From Isurus oxyrinchus (Eukaryota): a stretch of DNA of 64,000 bases. Positions 62,090 to 64,000 of the stretch are shown here, one piece after another. The first letter of the stretch is position 1. The number at the start of each line of letters is the position of its first letter. A model generated the notes under the pieces. It worked only from the letters and a program-made list of their open reading frames with translations, did no database searches and was not told where the DNA came from. The DNA lies in the NCBI GenBank assembly GCA_026770705.1, contig JANJGN010000006.1, positions 24,056,001 to 24,120,000 on the forward strand, given 5' to 3'. Both the position numbers and the translations under genes were made by a program.

Positions 62090-64000
62090 TTATTTCATCC
62101 GGTAACCACTTAGGACTTCCTCAAAGTTTTTCATGTATACCAACTCTCCCATGGTAAATTTCCTCTCATGACTATGCCAGTCATGTCTAGTTTTCTGTCT
62201 TCCCTGACTCCTTTCCACTTTCCCCTCTAAATTTGGTATTATTAAGCTCAATCTCATTCTGAGATGGAGTTTCAACAATAACTCCACAGGTGTGACAACT
62301 GTTGTCGTGTGAAGGGTAGTCCTGTCATGAAAAAGAAACATGCTAGCTTGGTTGCCAAGGAATCAACAGTTAGCTTTTTCATGCCTATCTGAATGATTGA
62401 ACCACCCTTTCGGTCAGTCCGTTTGAGGAAGGGTGGTACAGTGCAGTTTTCACATGAGTGATATTGTTGAGGCTGATAAACCGTTGAAACTCATCAGTCA
62501 TAAGTGCTGTACTGTTATCAAAAATGACTTCTTCTGGTTGTATGTGAATGGCAAAACCCTGACGTAGTTTCTCAATTGTAATGCCCGACGTTGATGACTT
62601 CACCTCATTGATAATGAGCAGAAACATTGTTCCTAGGGAAGGTCCACCGTAGTCAATTTGTAACCATACCCAGGGTCTACATGGCAACTCCCATGGGTGT
62701 AACAGAGCTGTCACTGGCAACTTTTACAGTTGCTGACATTGCACACAGTGCCTTACTGAACTCTCTATTTTGCCATATGTCCCAGGCCACAATAGATAAC
62801 TATGTGCTATGGTCTTCATTCATAAATTCCTGGATGGGCACTGTGTAGTTCGATTAAAAGTGGCTCCCTTCCCTTTGGAGGAATTATCACTCATGCACTC
62901 CACAATAAGATACCATCCTGGTACCATTCTGTTGAAGTAAGGTTTCAGTCCATCAGATAAGGGCTCCTGTGACCACCTTGTAGCACTTGTTCTTGTACTT
63001 GAGATAGGACTGAGTCCCGACTTGTCCAGTTGAGCACATACCAGCGAGGAATCCAAGAAATTTAACAGTTGCTGTGGAACTGGGACGTGCTCATCATTTT
63101 CTTGTAAAGGCAAATGACTAAGGGCATCAGCATTTGTGATTTGATTGCCAGGCCCATGTAAAAAAGTGTATTCATATGTTGTCAGAATTAAGGCCCATTG
63201 TTGTATTCTTGCTAAGCCTTGTAAGGTATAGCCTTGTCCTCACTAAACAATCCTCGCAATGGTTTGTGATCTGAAATGATTGTAAAATGGCAGCCGTGTA
63301 CGTACTGGTGAAACTTCTTTACCCAAAGATAATAGACAGGCCTTCTTTCTCTATCTGCGAGTATCCCTTTTCCACTGTGGTGAGCGTTTCTCGAAAGATA
63401 ACCTATCGGCTGTTCTGTGCCGTCGTCCCTCAGATGAGAGAGCACTGCGCCAAGCCTGTAGGGAGATGTGTCACATGTCAGCACCAACTCTTTCGTCTGG
63501 CCATAAAGCACTATCAGATTGGGTGAGTGCAACAATTGTTTCACATTTATGAAAGCTTCTTTCTGGGGTCCCTCCCAAGACAAACGTTGGTTCTTTTTGA
63601 GTAGAGAATGCAGGTGGGGCCAGAACTCTAGACAAATTGGATAAGAACCACCCAGAACAGTTGATCATTCCTAGGAAGAATTTGAGGTCTGAGGCGTTCT
63701 TTGGCACAGGTGCCTCCCTTATGGCTCTCATTTTCTCATCAACTGGGAGGAGGCCTGTGAATCCCGATGACCCAAATAGATTACTTCCCTCGCTCAGAAC
63801 ATGCACTTTTCTTTTTTTAGATGCACTCCAGCTTGTAAGAAATGTTTTAAGGCTTCATCTAAGTTTGGCAAATGCTCTTTTTCAGTGAATCCTGTCACCA
63901 GTACATCGTCTAAATAGACTACAATTTGGGGCAGTCCCTTCAGTAAGTTTTCCATTGTTCTCTGAAAGATGGCACAAGCTGAGGAGACACCGAAAGGCAA
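62090..64000 (-). pseudogene. Gypsy pol remnant
   Basis: MPFGVSSACAIFQR, YLDDVLV, CDTSPYRLGAVLSH, SDHKPL, PWVWLQIDYGGP, YHPSSNGLTERVVQSF. Many stops and frameshifts. Confidence 0.95.

Larger units (their letters stand above)
59851..64000 (-). mobile_element. Gypsy/Ty3 LTR retrotransposon, 3' part; 3' LTR (59851-59936 plus 61498-61670) split by a CR1
   Basis: Order RT, RNase H, integrase. Polypurine tract agggaaggaa (61671-61680, minus) abuts TGTAGGA, and the other LTR end reads ...TCCTACAACA with AATAAA inside. Confidence 0.9.

Overview
A repeat-dense vertebrate intergenic or intronic window, very likely from a shark (inferred from HE1-like V-SINE, SacSINE1-like DeuSINEs and abundant CR1 LINEs). 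No recognisable host protein-coding gene was found. Contents: many CR1 fragments, a Tx1-clade LINE, a Gypsy LTR element, Harbinger/PIF remnants and their GGGC-ended MITEs, several SINE families, minisatellites and one assembly gap. Main observations: (1) at least six short Penelope-like (PLE) insertions related to minimal hammerhead ribozymes, one with an intact catalytic core (42326-42364) and one a 290-bp fold-back with a hammerhead on each strand and a 13-bp TSD; (2) three independent 150-300 bp inverted insertions copied from 0.35-1.5 kb away, suggesting a recurrent templated repair process; (3) a 15-kb nest in which a Harbinger element holds a PLE and a Tx1, and the Tx1 holds a CR1 and a 2.2-kb two-unit minisatellite. 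All alignments were done by eye, and boundaries of old repeats are approximate.
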